Shown: piece after piece, positions 1 to 9,287 of the stretch
Layout: each line of letters starts with the position of its first letter
Numbering within the stretch: position 1 is the stretch's first letter
DNA from: an uncultured bacterium
GTDB lineage: Bacteria > Bipolaricaulota > Bipolaricaulia > UBA7950 > UBA9294
Direction of reading: 5' to 3'
Length of the DNA: 64,000 nucleotides
Assembly (NCBI GenBank): GCA_965370555.1
Contig: CBDUVB010000002.1
Coordinates: forward strand, 39,467 to 103,466
The notes under the pieces: model-generated
Told to the model about the DNA's origin: nothing
The model's input: the letters and a program-made list of their open reading frames with translations, nothing else
Database searches by the model: none
Program-made: the position numbers and the translations under genes

Positions 1-219
1 GCGGTCTTCTACTTCATGTTGATCCGCCCGCAGCGCAAGCGTCAGACAAAGCACAACGAGCTCGTGACAGGGATTAAGCGGGGAGACAACATAGTTACTG
101 CCGGCGGAATCTACGGAGAGATCGATTCGATTGGCGATACTTCCATCGTTATAAAGCTCGAAGATGGCGGGAAGATTCGTCTCGCCAAGAGCAGCATCGT
201 GAACAAGCAAGCTAAGTAA
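1..219 (+). CDS. yajC: Preprotein translocase subunit YajC (5-prime end cut by window edge)
   Basis: Translation ...FMLIRPQRKRQ...GDNIVTAGGIYGEI...VIKLEDGGKIRL matches the conserved YajC core; reading frame is open to position 1; immediately upstream of secD as in the canonical yajC-secDF operon. Confidence 0.8.
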   Translation, partial: AVFYFMLIRPQRKRQTKHNELVTGIKRGDNIVTAGGIYGEIDSIGDTSIVIKLEDGGKIRLAKSSIVNKQAK

Positions 220-242
220 TCGCGAAGGAGGGTTTTGAGAGA

Positions 243-1643
243 ATGGCACACAGTAACATGACAAGAAATGACTGGCTTCGGTTTGGAACAGTCCTCCTCG
301 TTGCCCTCGGCTCGCTCGCTCTTCTCTACCCGTTCTGGCCATTGAAGGACGTTGTGAACCTCGGTCTCGATCTGCAGGGTGGGGTTAGGATGGTCCTTGA
401 GGCACAGGATGTAGAAGGGATGGATGAGGGTCAGAAGAGAGATACGCTCGATCGGGTCATTGCCATTCTCAATAACCGCGTTGACCAGTACGGCCTTTCC
501 AACGCCGAGATCAAACGGATGGGAACGTCGAGGGTCTTAGTGAACCTCCCTGGAACTAAGGATCCCGAGGAGGCTCGCAACCTGATCGGTCAGACTGCGA
601 TGCTCGAGTTTCGTAAGGTGGTTGAAGCGGGGACGAGCCCCAACTCCGACCTCGTTCCCACCTCTGCCACACAGGAGGTCCTGTACAATCGGGAGGGGAT
701 TCCCTACATCGTGGAATCAACGCCCTTGCTGACCGGAGCGGCCCTTGCCGACGCGAATGTGCGCACCTCTCAATCGATGCAGACTGCTGGAAAGCTCTTT
801 ATCTCTCTCTCGTTCAACCAGGAGGGGGCGCAGCAGTTTGTGGAGGCGCTTCGCCACCTGAAAGGGGACAACCCGGATACGCCGCAGAACGAAGGGGACC
901 TCCTGGCGATCGTGCTCGACCACGTCATCTATAGCGCGCCGCGGATCACCGATTCGATCAAGACGGCCGCTGCGCAGGGTTGGCGGTCGGTACAGAATTC
1001 GACCACCATCAGCGGACAGTTCACCAAGGAGGAGGCGACTCGGATCGCGATCGTCCTGCGTGCCGGTGCCCTCCCGGTTGCGGTGAAGGTTGTCGAAGAG
1101 AACACGGTCGGCCCGACATTGGGGAACGATTCGATCCGGCGCGGGATGATCACCATCGTGGCCGGGTTCATCATCATCCTCTTCTACATGCCGGTATACT
1201 ACCGTGCTCTAGGAATCGTCGCTGATGTCGCGCTTGTTCTCAACATGTTGATCATCTTCGGGGCGCTGGTCGTTTTCAGTGCGACCCTCACCCTCCCGGG
1301 GATTGCTGGTATCATCCTGACGATCGGTATGACGGTCGACGCCAACGTGATCATCTTCGAGCGGATCAAGGAAGAACGGCGTACCGGGAAGTCTCCACTC
1401 GCCTCGGTGCGAGCTGGGTTTGAGAAGTCACTCTCCACCCTGCTCGACGCGAACATCACGACGCTCCTCACCGCGCTTATCCTCCTTCTGATCGGGACCG
1501 GTCCGATCAAGGGGTTTGCGATCACGCTGGGGATCGGTGTGGTTGGTAGCCTGTACTGTGCCTTGGTTGCTAGCCGACTCCTCCTGGAGAGGGCCGGCTT
1601 TGCCGAGCATATTCCGGCGAAGGTGGTGCAGAGCGAGTCGTAA
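243..1643 (+). CDS. secD: Protein translocase subunit SecD
   Basis: 466 aa; N-terminal TM, periplasmic domain with LDLQGG motif, C-terminal 6-TM bundle; RBS GGAGGG 8 nt upstream; follows yajC. Confidence 0.9.
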   Translation: MAHSNMTRNDWLRFGTVLLVALGSLALLYPFWPLKDVVNLGLDLQGGVRMVLEAQDVEGMDEGQKRDTLDRVIAILNNRVDQYGLSNAEIKRMGTSRVLVNLPGTKDPEEARNLIGQTAMLEFRKVVEAGTSPNSDLVPTSATQEVLYNREGIPYIVESTPLLTGAALADANVRTSQSMQTAGKLFISLSFNQEGAQQFVEALRHLKGDNPDTPQNEGDLLAIVLDHVIYSAPRITDSIKTAAAQGWRSVQNSTTISGQFTKEEATRIAIVLRAGALPVAVKVVEENTVGPTLGNDSIRRGMITIVAGFIIILFYMPVYYRALGIVADVALVLNMLIIFGALVVFSATLTLPGIAGIILTIGMTVDANVIIFERIKEERRTGKSPLASVRAGFEKSLSTLLDANITTLLTALILLLIGTGPIKGFAITLGIGVVGSLYCALVASRLLLERAGFAEHIPAKVVQSES

Positions 1644-2562
1644 CGCTAAGGATCAGTTTAAGAAGCGCATCGGAAGGACGAATGCCGCCGCGCTTGACTT
1701 CGAGATCAAGGTTGATCCCCAAGTCGAGTGCGGCGGTTAGCCTTTGCGCCGAGTACCCCTTTGCCTGTGTCGCGAGCCGGCGGACGAGCCAGGATGGCGT
1801 TCCGAGCAGCGTCGACATCTTCGCCTCTGCGATCTTGGAATCGAGGAGGACCCGTACCATCAGGAGTTTCGTCAGGTGGCGTACGACCCCAGAGAAGACC
1901 CGCCCAGGGTCCTCGTGCAGGCGAGAGAGTGTTGCGAGGCTCTCGGGAAGGTTGTGGTCTCCAATGCGGTCGAGGAGAGGGTAGATCGATCCCTCCCCCG
2001 TAGAGAACCCTACTTTCTCGATCGCGACGCGATCGATCGTCCCTCCGGAAGAGAAGGAGCGAAGCTTTCGCGCCTCCTGAGAAAGAACGAGAAGGTCGCC
2101 ATTGCACCGTGCGATCAAGACCTTCAGCGCCTGCGGATCGAGATGAACTCCCTGCGCGACCATCACCTCAGAGGCCGTGCGTTCCAAGGCCTTTCCCTTG
2201 ACAGGAGGGAGGGCCTGCACTATTCCGCGTTTTCTGGCTGCCTTGACGAGCGGGCTCGTCCCCTTCAACCCCGGCGCGAGGAACGTGAGGTGCGTCTCTG
2301 AAGGGAGATCCCGTTCGATGAGGGCGGAGAAGGGCTTCGCCTTGATCGTCTCTGCATGACGGACGACGAAGTGACGGCTCTCAGCAAAGAGAGAAGCGGA
2401 CTGAAGCTCCACCATAAGGGCGGAAAGATCAAGCTCGTCGCCGAACAAGGTGTGTCGTTCGGCCTTTGCGTCCCCTTCGAGAATCCTCGTGTGGCGAGCC
2501 TGCAGGGCCTGCTCGCAGCGGAACGGATCGCCGAAGATCAGGGCTAATTGTGGTTCAGACAT
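1570..2562 (-). CDS. holA: DNA polymerase III delta subunit (HolA)
   Basis: 330 aa; N-terminal LIFGDP...LFGDELDL...SASLFAESRHFVV motif and overall length/fold signature of HolA; low-complexity C-terminal tail overlaps secD 3-prime end by 74 bp (convergent). Confidence 0.7.
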   Translation of the reverse strand: MSEPQLALIFGDPFRCEQALQARHTRILEGDAKAERHTLFGDELDLSALMVELQSASLFAESRHFVVRHAETIKAKPFSALIERDLPSETHLTFLAPGLKGTSPLVKAARKRGIVQALPPVKGKALERTASEVMVAQGVHLDPQALKVLIARCNGDLLVLSQEARKLRSFSSGGTIDRVAIEKVGFSTGEGSIYPLLDRIGDHNLPESLATLSRLHEDPGRVFSGVVRHLTKLLMVRVLLDSKIAEAKMSTLLGTPSWLVRRLATQAKGYSAQRLTAALDLGINLDLEVKRGGIRPSDALLKLILSVTTRSAPPSPEYARQSRPSPGGVG

Positions 2563-2578
2563 AGATCCTCGCTATCAG
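2384..2578. repeat. Copy 1 (native, intact) of the holA 5-prime direct repeat (att-like)
   Basis: Sequence gcaaagagagaagcggactgaagctccaccataagggcgg...gcagcggaacggatcgccgaagatcag recurs imperfectly at 5910-6074 and 9636-9753 in the same orientation. Confidence 0.8.
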
Positions 2579-2897
2579 GTAAGATGGTTAGATCTTAGCC
2601 AGCTCTCGTGCGGGGGGCAATGGGGAGAGGAAGATATCAGCAGTCATCGGCAGCGCTGTTCGATCTTACGGATGGAAGTTGCTCACGGGACCGTGCTAAA
2701 AAGAATCCCAGCAGAAAAACATTAAGAAACAGGATCCGGACCGGTTCTCCACTCAAGGGCCTAATCATAAAATCAATCTAGCGAAGCTGCTGTTGATTTG
2801 CTAGACTTGAACATCAATGCTCAAACTACGACGTTCCTTCCGAACCGCTAACGTTTGACAGCTACATGCGCCTACTAGGCAACGGACAATGCGTAGT

Positions 2898-4328
2898 TCA
2901 TTCTGGCAGAAGCCTCTTCACGAGGTCTACGCCCAGGTAGCTGTATATGCTATCCGGAGTTGACGCTTGTGCTGACCTCCGGAGGCCAGCAATCACGCTG
3001 CCGACCAAGACCTCCCACGGCTTGTTTGAGCCCGCCAGGCCAACGAGCAGATTCCTCATTCCTTTCAGATCGGCGTAGCGCCGATCAAATCCAGAATCAC
3101 GAAACGCAATTACCTCATCACGATACTCATGCTCAGCGGTCGATGCAAGCCACGATTGGAGTTGCTTCTCCAAAGTGGCCCACTCGGTACCCATCGCAGC
3201 TAGTACTTCGTCCGATACTATGAGATTCTCCGCAGCCCTGCAATTCAAGCGCAACCGCACAAGTGGGGGTAAATCCTCAAGGGGTTGTCCAGGTACGTTA
3301 TCTCCATCCCGGAGTGAGTATCCACGCGGGTCGTCGTATACGGCGCGCAGCAAACCGGCAGCCACTTTTTCAAACTCATTCATGCCACCAACACCGTTGA
3401 CCGCACGCGGAAACAACCTAAGGCGTCCATTGGATGACCTGACTGCCTGTTGCCATATGCGCTCATCGTCCACGCCCTCAACCAGGAGGATTGGGGACTC
3501 GTTGAACACTTGCGAAAGCGGATGCGCACCGAATACCGGCAATACACGTCGATGTACCTCGTTCAGCGGCACGAAGGACAGATCAACGTCATCAGACTTC
3601 ATGAAGGCAATATGTACTGATGACACATCGGCAAGCGCCGCCATTAAGGATGTGCTATGAGTCGCCAACAGAACCCGTAGATGACTTCCCGAAAGGTGCT
3701 TGACAACGAACTGCGCAAACCTGTGCTGTAGGTCAGGATGGAGATGGAGATCTGGCTCATCGACCAACAGTATGTTCACTTGACCTTGCGCTGCTTCCTT
3801 CTGGAACACCAGCACCTCGATCGCCAGCGAGATCAGCTCCGCCTCCCCACTGCTAATGTTCCGAGGTTCGATTCGCTGCTCGTTGCCGAGCCGTATCTCA
3901 AACGCTGACCCGGTAGGAGTGATCTGAATGTTGTCTAACAAGCTGTTGATGGATTCGATGACTAAATCGAAATGGTACGTACTGGCACGGATCTCCGGAT
4001 CGTTTTGGATTTGCCGAAGCGTTGTTATTTCTAGATTACGAAACAGCGCTACGCTCTGCTCGCGAAACTGGCTGAACTGATTCGATCGCCTCGTTTCCCG
4101 GAGCCAGGTTTGATTGGTGATGATATTGTTGTCAACGTTGGGCAGGTACTGAAGCATGCCACCTCTCTCTGGAGTGAGGTAGCGAACTGTGGCAATGGTT
4201 TCATCGGCACCGAGAGCCTCTTCGAGCGTCTTGAGTAAACGGCTCTTGCCGCACCCGTTCTTGCCAACAACGACGTTGATGCGTCCAAGATTGCGGAGGC
4301 TATAACCACCTTTATCAAGAAGATCCAT
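2898..4328 (-). CDS. OLD-family-like ATP-dependent endonuclease (AAA_21-type ABC ATPase fused to Toprim-like domain)
   Basis: 476 aa; Walker A VVGKNGCGKS, signature/Walker B LLVDEPDLHLHPD, H-loop LLATHS, then ILLVEGVDDERIW resembling the Toprim LVEGxxE motif of OLD/Gabija GajA/PARIS-type nucleases. Confidence 0.6.
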   Translation of the reverse strand: MDLLDKGGYSLRNLGRINVVVGKNGCGKSRLLKTLEEALGADETIATVRYLTPERGGMLQYLPNVDNNIITNQTWLRETRRSNQFSQFREQSVALFRNLEITTLRQIQNDPEIRASTYHFDLVIESINSLLDNIQITPTGSAFEIRLGNEQRIEPRNISSGEAELISLAIEVLVFQKEAAQGQVNILLVDEPDLHLHPDLQHRFAQFVVKHLSGSHLRVLLATHSTSLMAALADVSSVHIAFMKSDDVDLSFVPLNEVHRRVLPVFGAHPLSQVFNESPILLVEGVDDERIWQQAVRSSNGRLRLFPRAVNGVGGMNEFEKVAAGLLRAVYDDPRGYSLRDGDNVPGQPLEDLPPLVRLRLNCRAAENLIVSDEVLAAMGTEWATLEKQLQSWLASTAEHEYRDEVIAFRDSGFDRRYADLKGMRNLLVGLAGSNKPWEVLVGSVIAGLRRSAQASTPDSIYSYLGVDLVKRLLPE

Positions 4329-4416
4329 AGGTCAACTGTCCTGTCCAGAAATGATCAGTTTGCGACGCTGCAACATAGTGTGCCGCGCATCGCTCCCTGT
4401 AGTTCACACGTATCAC

Positions 4417-4716
4417 TTATCCATCCCTCTCAACCCAGTCTTGCAGCTTCCTCTCGGCTTCCCTTTTAGTGCTAACGTGAAACTTGGCAACAACGATATC
4501 CAACGCGTAGCGCGCGATTTCTTCCTCGCCTCGCATCTTCACTATCCACTTAGCAGGGCCGCTTGGCTCAGTTCTGACGGCGATTACTTCATCGTGGTCC
4601 TTGTCTGCTGTCACGCGTTCGGGATGTCCTTCTGGACCTTTAACCCAAATCTCCTCAAGAGATTCTCCGAGTCCCATGCCTACCTCCTTTCCGGTTGCTG
4701 TGCGACGCACTGCCAA
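4417..4716 (-). CDS. Hypothetical small protein (99 aa; possible internal start giving about 86 aa)
   Basis: ORF with protein-like composition between OLD-like gene and AbiEi-like gene; no recognisable motif. Confidence 0.3.
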   Translation of the reverse strand: MAVRRTATGKEVGMGLGESLEEIWVKGPEGHPERVTADKDHDEVIAVRTEPSGPAKWIVKMRGEEEIARYALDIVVAKFHVSTKREAERKLQDWVERDG

Positions 4717-4912
4717 CTATATCGTGTTGCGCCCGGGGGCGCCATACATAGAACCTTCACACGGCACTGACTTGCCCCACTTCGGCGGTCCACTTCTAAG
4801 GCATTGGGGTCTTGCAAAGCAAGACGTGCGGCTACCCTTTCCCTTCTTGGTTCGCCGGCTGATCTCAGGAAGGCAACGAAAGAGCAGTCGGACCTGGGTA
4901 TCATAGCGGGAG

Positions 4913-5704
4913 TCAAACACCAGGCAACTCCTCTCGCTTTGGCACGGTGATCTGGTACTTCGAGTCGAGCTGGCCTCCCTTGTAGAGTTGGCGTTTCCCC
5001 TTACCAAGATCGACTCGTGAGGGATCCATACGGCCAAACCAGGCATGCCCAACCGTCTCCGCGCTCCAAAGAAACAGCCGTTTGACCTTCACTGATCGGC
5101 AGTTCACCAAAAGGTCCTGTACTACATTCGGCCGTAGTGTGCTGAGTCCTTCCATCAGCTGATACGCTTGTTCGACGTCGTCATTCGTTCTGGCGAGACG
5201 CATCTGCTCCATAATAGCCCGTTCTGCACTCGATATGACGACTTCGAATCCACCGCAGTCCAGTTTAGCGGTGGCCTTGTCCGGAACGTGCTCAAGCAGG
5301 GACAGGCAACGGTGTTCCAGGTTGGCCTCCCACCGGTAATTCCTGAACCATGCTGGTAGCTGTTCCGGCTGGTCGCTTACCAGGATGACCTTCTTTTGCC
5401 GCCCAAGAGGAACGAAGTGGGATAGCCCCTGCAATTCCAATGCGCTACGTCCCCCAACATGCACGGTCATGCCGAGCTGGGTCTGCAGGGCATAGAGGCC
5501 TCCCCGCCAGTCAACCTGATCGCCCGGCTGGGTGAACGCCCTTGCGCCGAAGCGCACTAGCCATCCAGATCCCACATGCCAGTTCGCCAGCTTGCTGGAT
5601 ACCCCAAGCCGGTTAAGCCATGCCTGGGTCGCGACCGTTCCCTTCGGCCACTTCCGAAACACCTGGTTCATTTTTGATGGCTTCTTACTAGTCATCCTAG
5701 TCAT
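4913..5704 (-). CDS. AbiEi-family (type IV TA antitoxin-like) winged-helix domain protein, orphan
   Basis: 263 aa; N-terminal segment RLGVSSKLANWHVGSGWLVRFGARAF fits the AbiEi_4 wHTH pattern (LGVSR..L..LV..G.L.R..RGVY); no AbiEii nucleotidyltransferase partner adjacent. Confidence 0.45.
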   Translation of the reverse strand: MTRMTSKKPSKMNQVFRKWPKGTVATQAWLNRLGVSSKLANWHVGSGWLVRFGARAFTQPGDQVDWRGGLYALQTQLGMTVHVGGRSALELQGLSHFVPLGRQKKVILVSDQPEQLPAWFRNYRWEANLEHRCLSLLEHVPDKATAKLDCGGFEVVISSAERAIMEQMRLARTNDDVEQAYQLMEGLSTLRPNVVQDLLVNCRSVKVKRLFLWSAETVGHAWFGRMDPSRVDLGKGKRQLYKGGQLDSKYQITVPKREELPGV

Positions 5705-5909
5705 CCTCGTGTAAGTCTAAACCAATAATCAGTTCAGTTCGCTTTTCCAACCAATTATCTAGCACACCTGGTTGTTTGTCAACTGAAATAAACCATCCAA
5801 GAGCCTCTCCAACACACAGCGCCACACTCCGTCAGCAGGAACAGCAGGATGACCGGCATAGGCACTCGGACTAATAGCAACAAAGGTATAATAGGGCTGA
5901 CGGGAAAAG

Positions 5910-6074
5910 TAGCGACTCTCTGCAAAGAGAGAAGCGGACTGAAGCTCCACCATAAGGGCGGGAAGATCAAGCTCGTCGCAGAACAAGGTGTGCCGTTCGG
6001 TCTTTGGATCCCCGGTGAGAATCGCCGAAGATCAGGATAAGTGGCTGTTCAGGCATGGGTCCTCGCTGAGCAGT
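5910..6074. repeat. Copy 2 (partial) of the holA 5-prime direct repeat; includes holA start-codon context and has an internal deletion of about 40 bp
   Basis: Aligns to 2384-2578: gcaaagagagaagcggactgaagctccaccataagggcgggaagatcaagctcgtcgcagaacaaggtgtgccgttcgg...gaatcgccgaagatcagg...gttcaggcat; minus-strand ORF 5759..5986 translates FCDELDLPALMVELQSASLFAESR, the same as HolA residues about 38-61. Confidence 0.8.
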
Positions 6075-6207
6075 AGGAATACCCGATCATAGCCTGAAGG
6101 ACGTAGGCAATGATGGAGCGAGGTCGTCAAGCGTTCAGCCGATGTCGCGACGGTTGGCTTCTTATGTTGCGTTACTTAGAGCGTTCCAAAAAGGCACCAG
6201 TAGTGCT

Positions 6208-6930
6208 TCACTCTTCTGCTCCTTTTTTGCTGGAACCTGATCTTCTGATCCGATATGCAAGATACAATAACTGGGATAGCATTGCGACGGAGTCAGCGAT
6301 TAGCCTTACGTGTGAGCCTTCTTTCTCTTCCCATTTCACTGGGATTTCAAGAATGCGGTAGCCTCTTTCCTTTGCGCGATAGAGGATCTCGACATCCCAT
6401 ACATAGCCTGTTGTCACGGTCTGCTGGAGGAGTTCTCTCAGAATGCTTCTCCGAAATGCTTTGAAACCACATTGGGTGTCAGCAAAGTCCGTGGTTATCA
6501 ACAGTTTCCTCAGCAGAGTGAACGCCTCTCCAAGTAACGCTCTCAAAGGTGCTCTTTGAGTTCCCTTACTCCTGACTCCAATCACTATATCGTAAGATCC
6601 CGCCAGATGCTCCAGAAACGGCATGGCTGATTCTATTGGTACTGCCAAGTCAGCGTCTGTAAGCAAAACATTAGGATATCTCGCAGCAACAACGCCTCTA
6701 CAAATTGATAAACCTTTTCCCATCCGCAAATCGTTGACTACGAGAGTGCATTCCGGAAACATACTACGTACTGCGACAGATGTCGAATCTTGGCTGTTAT
6801 CGTCCACGATGATTATTTCGTATGGAACCCCAAAAGTCTTGAAGCAGTTAGAGATGTGCCGAATTGTTGTAGGTATCCGGTTGACTTCATTGTACACAGG
6901 GATTATAACGCTCGTGCTTGCTTCATTCAT
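6208..6930 (-). CDS. Family 2 glycosyltransferase (dolichyl-phosphate mannose/glucose synthase-like)
   Basis: 240 aa; SVIIPVYNE...IIIVDDNSQD...TDADL DXD-type GT2 motifs; 8-bp overlap with upstream membrane-protein gene (operon). Confidence 0.8.
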   Translation of the reverse strand: MNEASTSVIIPVYNEVNRIPTTIRHISNCFKTFGVPYEIIIVDDNSQDSTSVAVRSMFPECTLVVNDLRMGKGLSICRGVVAARYPNVLLTDADLAVPIESAMPFLEHLAGSYDIVIGVRSKGTQRAPLRALLGEAFTLLRKLLITTDFADTQCGFKAFRRSILRELLQQTVTTGYVWDVEILYRAKERGYRILEIPVKWEEKEGSHVRLIADSVAMLSQLLYLAYRIRRSGSSKKGAEE

Positions 6931-7582
6931 TCTTCATGAGTCTCCCGATCGCTGCAGATCGAGCTCGGAGACTACAGACAATCCATATGGCAAGGGGAAC
7001 CGTAGCAGCTGTCGTGATTACCCACACTATACCTATCGGTTTTCCGAAAAGGGTTGTGTTCGCCCATAGATTCGAGAGGATAGCTACCCAAGACAAAATT
7101 GCAGGAATGGATAGAACCACGTATCTACTACCTGCTAAGAACGAATCTCCCGGCCTGCGCATATTATCAACAACAAACCTCTCCCAGGAAAACGCTTTCC
7201 TTGCAGGACGGTTGGCGCATCTTACTCGGGGCGCCAGCTTCTCTTCTATGCACTGAGCTAAGCCTAAGATGTAAGCATCTTGACGGAAATAAACTAAAAC
7301 AAGGAACCAATAGACAGGGATGATTGCTAGTAAAACCCAGAGGAACGTCTCCGAAAGAGCCAGCAGCTCCAGTGCCCCTGATTCTCCTGGTGTGGACGAA
7401 CGAGCAGCCAGCACGCCCAAGAACCCGAGGAAACCTCCGAATAGCAGAATCGCAATATGTACGAAATTATGCTCGATTTGCATCCGCGTTACAATTTCTT
7501 GTCTCAGCGTTCTGTATTCCTCCAGGATCACTTCGAGTTCTTCCTTGACTTCAACTTCGTCTTCCTTAGGTTGCTTTTCCAC
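6923..7582 (-). CDS. Membrane protein with acidic coiled N-terminus and about 4 TM helices (partner of GT2)
   Basis: 219 aa; hydrophobic stretches IAILLFGGFLGFLGVLAA, FLWVLLAIIPVYWFLVLVYF, VVLSIPAILSWVAILSNLW, IVWVITTAATVPLAIWIV; translationally coupled to the GT2 gene. Confidence 0.5.
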   Translation of the reverse strand: MEKQPKEDEVEVKEELEVILEEYRTLRQEIVTRMQIEHNFVHIAILLFGGFLGFLGVLAARSSTPGESGALELLALSETFLWVLLAIIPVYWFLVLVYFRQDAYILGLAQCIEEKLAPRVRCANRPARKAFSWERFVVDNMRRPGDSFLAGSRYVVLSIPAILSWVAILSNLWANTTLFGKPIGIVWVITTAATVPLAIWIVCSLRARSAAIGRLMKNE

Positions 7583-7988
7583 CGCGGTTCCTCCTTACTT
7601 GGCGTACTCACCCATAAGAGTAATAAGATTTGACCTTTTAGCCAATCGTCCTTGGCTCTCTCGAACAACGCTTTAACCTCCCCCGCCGACACAGGTTGTC
7701 CTACGCCCCTATTCGAACCAATCACCTACTGCATAGCCGCGCGCAGAACTACCCCGGACCGCGAGTTACCGCAGTTGCTGACCATTGTACTTAGCAATCC
7801 TAGTTACGCGACCGAAGCTTCCTTTTGTTGTAACATCAGACGGTGGCGAAACCAACATAAGCATCTGCGTAACGCAATCAACATTGGGATTCCGGGGACA
7901 CAAACCATAGTTCCGTGAAGCGCTATGTGAATCGGAGTATGTGTCCCCCGATTCCCAGTATCCTCGCTATGCCCTCTTCCCCCTTGCG

Positions 7989-9287
7989 TCAGCCTTTGCC
8001 ATCACCTGCTGCTAGCCAGACCTCGACTTCCTCTGCAGTCACTGTCTCGAATGCGATCTGCTCTCCCTCGCTCTTGATGGGGGTCAGTGGATTCAAGACA
8101 AGGGGATTGAGAGCAGTTACATCTCCATTGAGTGCTCTAAGAATAGAGGTCGACAATCTGACGATGTTCTCTTCCTCATCCGCAATTACTAAGGGGAATA
8201 TGAGGCTGTCATTGCCAACGTCAACTTCGCCATCGGTCTTTGCGCGGTCCACATGCTTGGATACGAAGTCAGAGACGTTCGTCTGGAGATCCAGGCATAG
8301 GGTACGAAGTCTTTCGATGTGCGCCCGGAGTTGGAAGAGTCTGTTCGTGAATGGCGTGAATTCATATGACGCTTTGGTTATGTCGTATTTGAGGAAGCGG
8401 CCCGACGCCAGTGCTTGATCCAAGAAGCGAGTTGAAAGTTTCCGACCCCTGCTGGTCGTAATGGAGTACGCGACAAGCCATCGCAGATACTTGCCGCGCA
8501 TTCGGCTCCGGTCGCCAAGGCTGCCATCAAAGCAGCGACGTGCGTATGAAGCCCAAACATAGGCGGGCCTTATGCCATGCTTCCCTTTCTCCATGAGGAG
8601 CGCGCTGTTCTCGAGGATCTCACGCCGGAGGTTGGCCTTGAGTGCGGAGTCTACTAGCGTATCTGAGATACCAAGATGTACTCGGAGAACGTCGACGATG
8701 TCACGAAACGTCGTGAAACTGTGAATCCAGTTGGCTCCTGGAAAAGGGGATTGCCCCTCGACTGCCGCTTTCATCTCACTTTGCCGAGAAACCTCATCAA
8801 TGAATGACGAGATGGCTTCCACGTCGGTCATGAGAGGACTAGGATGGCTCGTGATACTACGTCTCTTGTTACAACTTAGACCAAGGTACGAACTCTCCAA
8901 CTCGAGGAACAAAGCCAGCGCTTTCCGATCTTCTCTGATCTTCCACAGCTCATCACGCAGGAATGCCAGAATGCACAGCCTGCCATTGCAGGCCAACTTG
9001 TACGCCTTACGATACTCCATGCGAGTAATGCTGATCCTATTTGGGATATCATAGAACGATCCAACACGTGATCCGATGAGAAGGATGTAGTAGTCAGCGC
9101 GCTCAATTGTTCGGAGACATGCTTCGTAGGTGTTCTTGTCGAGGGCTTTCGGGAAGTCGTTCTGCTCGGAGAGGAATACCTCATAGCCGAGTTTTTCAAG
9201 GTAGTATTTGATTGCGCTGCGAAGGTCACGGAAATCCTGGATCGTAGAAGACACGAAGACTGCAGGCCTCTTTCCCATCATAAGCAT
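7989..9287 (-). CDS. DUF4062-like N-terminal domain protein with uncharacterised 340-aa C-terminal region
   Basis: 432 aa; N-terminus PAVFVSSTIQDFRDLRSAIKYYLEKLGYEVFLSEQ...ADYYILLIGSRVGSFYD matches the DUF4062 (TIR-like fold) pattern (VFISSTxxDL...R......G..V); remainder has no recognisable motif. Confidence 0.55.
   Translation of the reverse strand: MLMMGKRPAVFVSSTIQDFRDLRSAIKYYLEKLGYEVFLSEQNDFPKALDKNTYEACLRTIERADYYILLIGSRVGSFYDIPNRISITRMEYRKAYKLACNGRLCILAFLRDELWKIREDRKALALFLELESSYLGLSCNKRRSITSHPSPLMTDVEAISSFIDEVSRQSEMKAAVEGQSPFPGANWIHSFTTFRDIVDVLRVHLGISDTLVDSALKANLRREILENSALLMEKGKHGIRPAYVWASYARRCFDGSLGDRSRMRGKYLRWLVAYSITTSRGRKLSTRFLDQALASGRFLKYDITKASYEFTPFTNRLFQLRAHIERLRTLCLDLQTNVSDFVSKHVDRAKTDGEVDVGNDSLIFPLVIADEEENIVRLSTSILRALNGDVTALNPLVLNPLTPIKSEGEQIAFETVTAEEVEVWLAAGDGKG

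Noticed and set aside
717-1525. Multiple 60-110-aa ORFs on both strands inside secD (also similar clusters inside holA, acsB, cooS, fhs, trkH, S55 peptidase and others)
   Set aside because: High-GC genomes generate long spurious ORFs in alternative frames; all lie wholly inside strongly supported genes and have Arg/Pro/Gly-rich composition.
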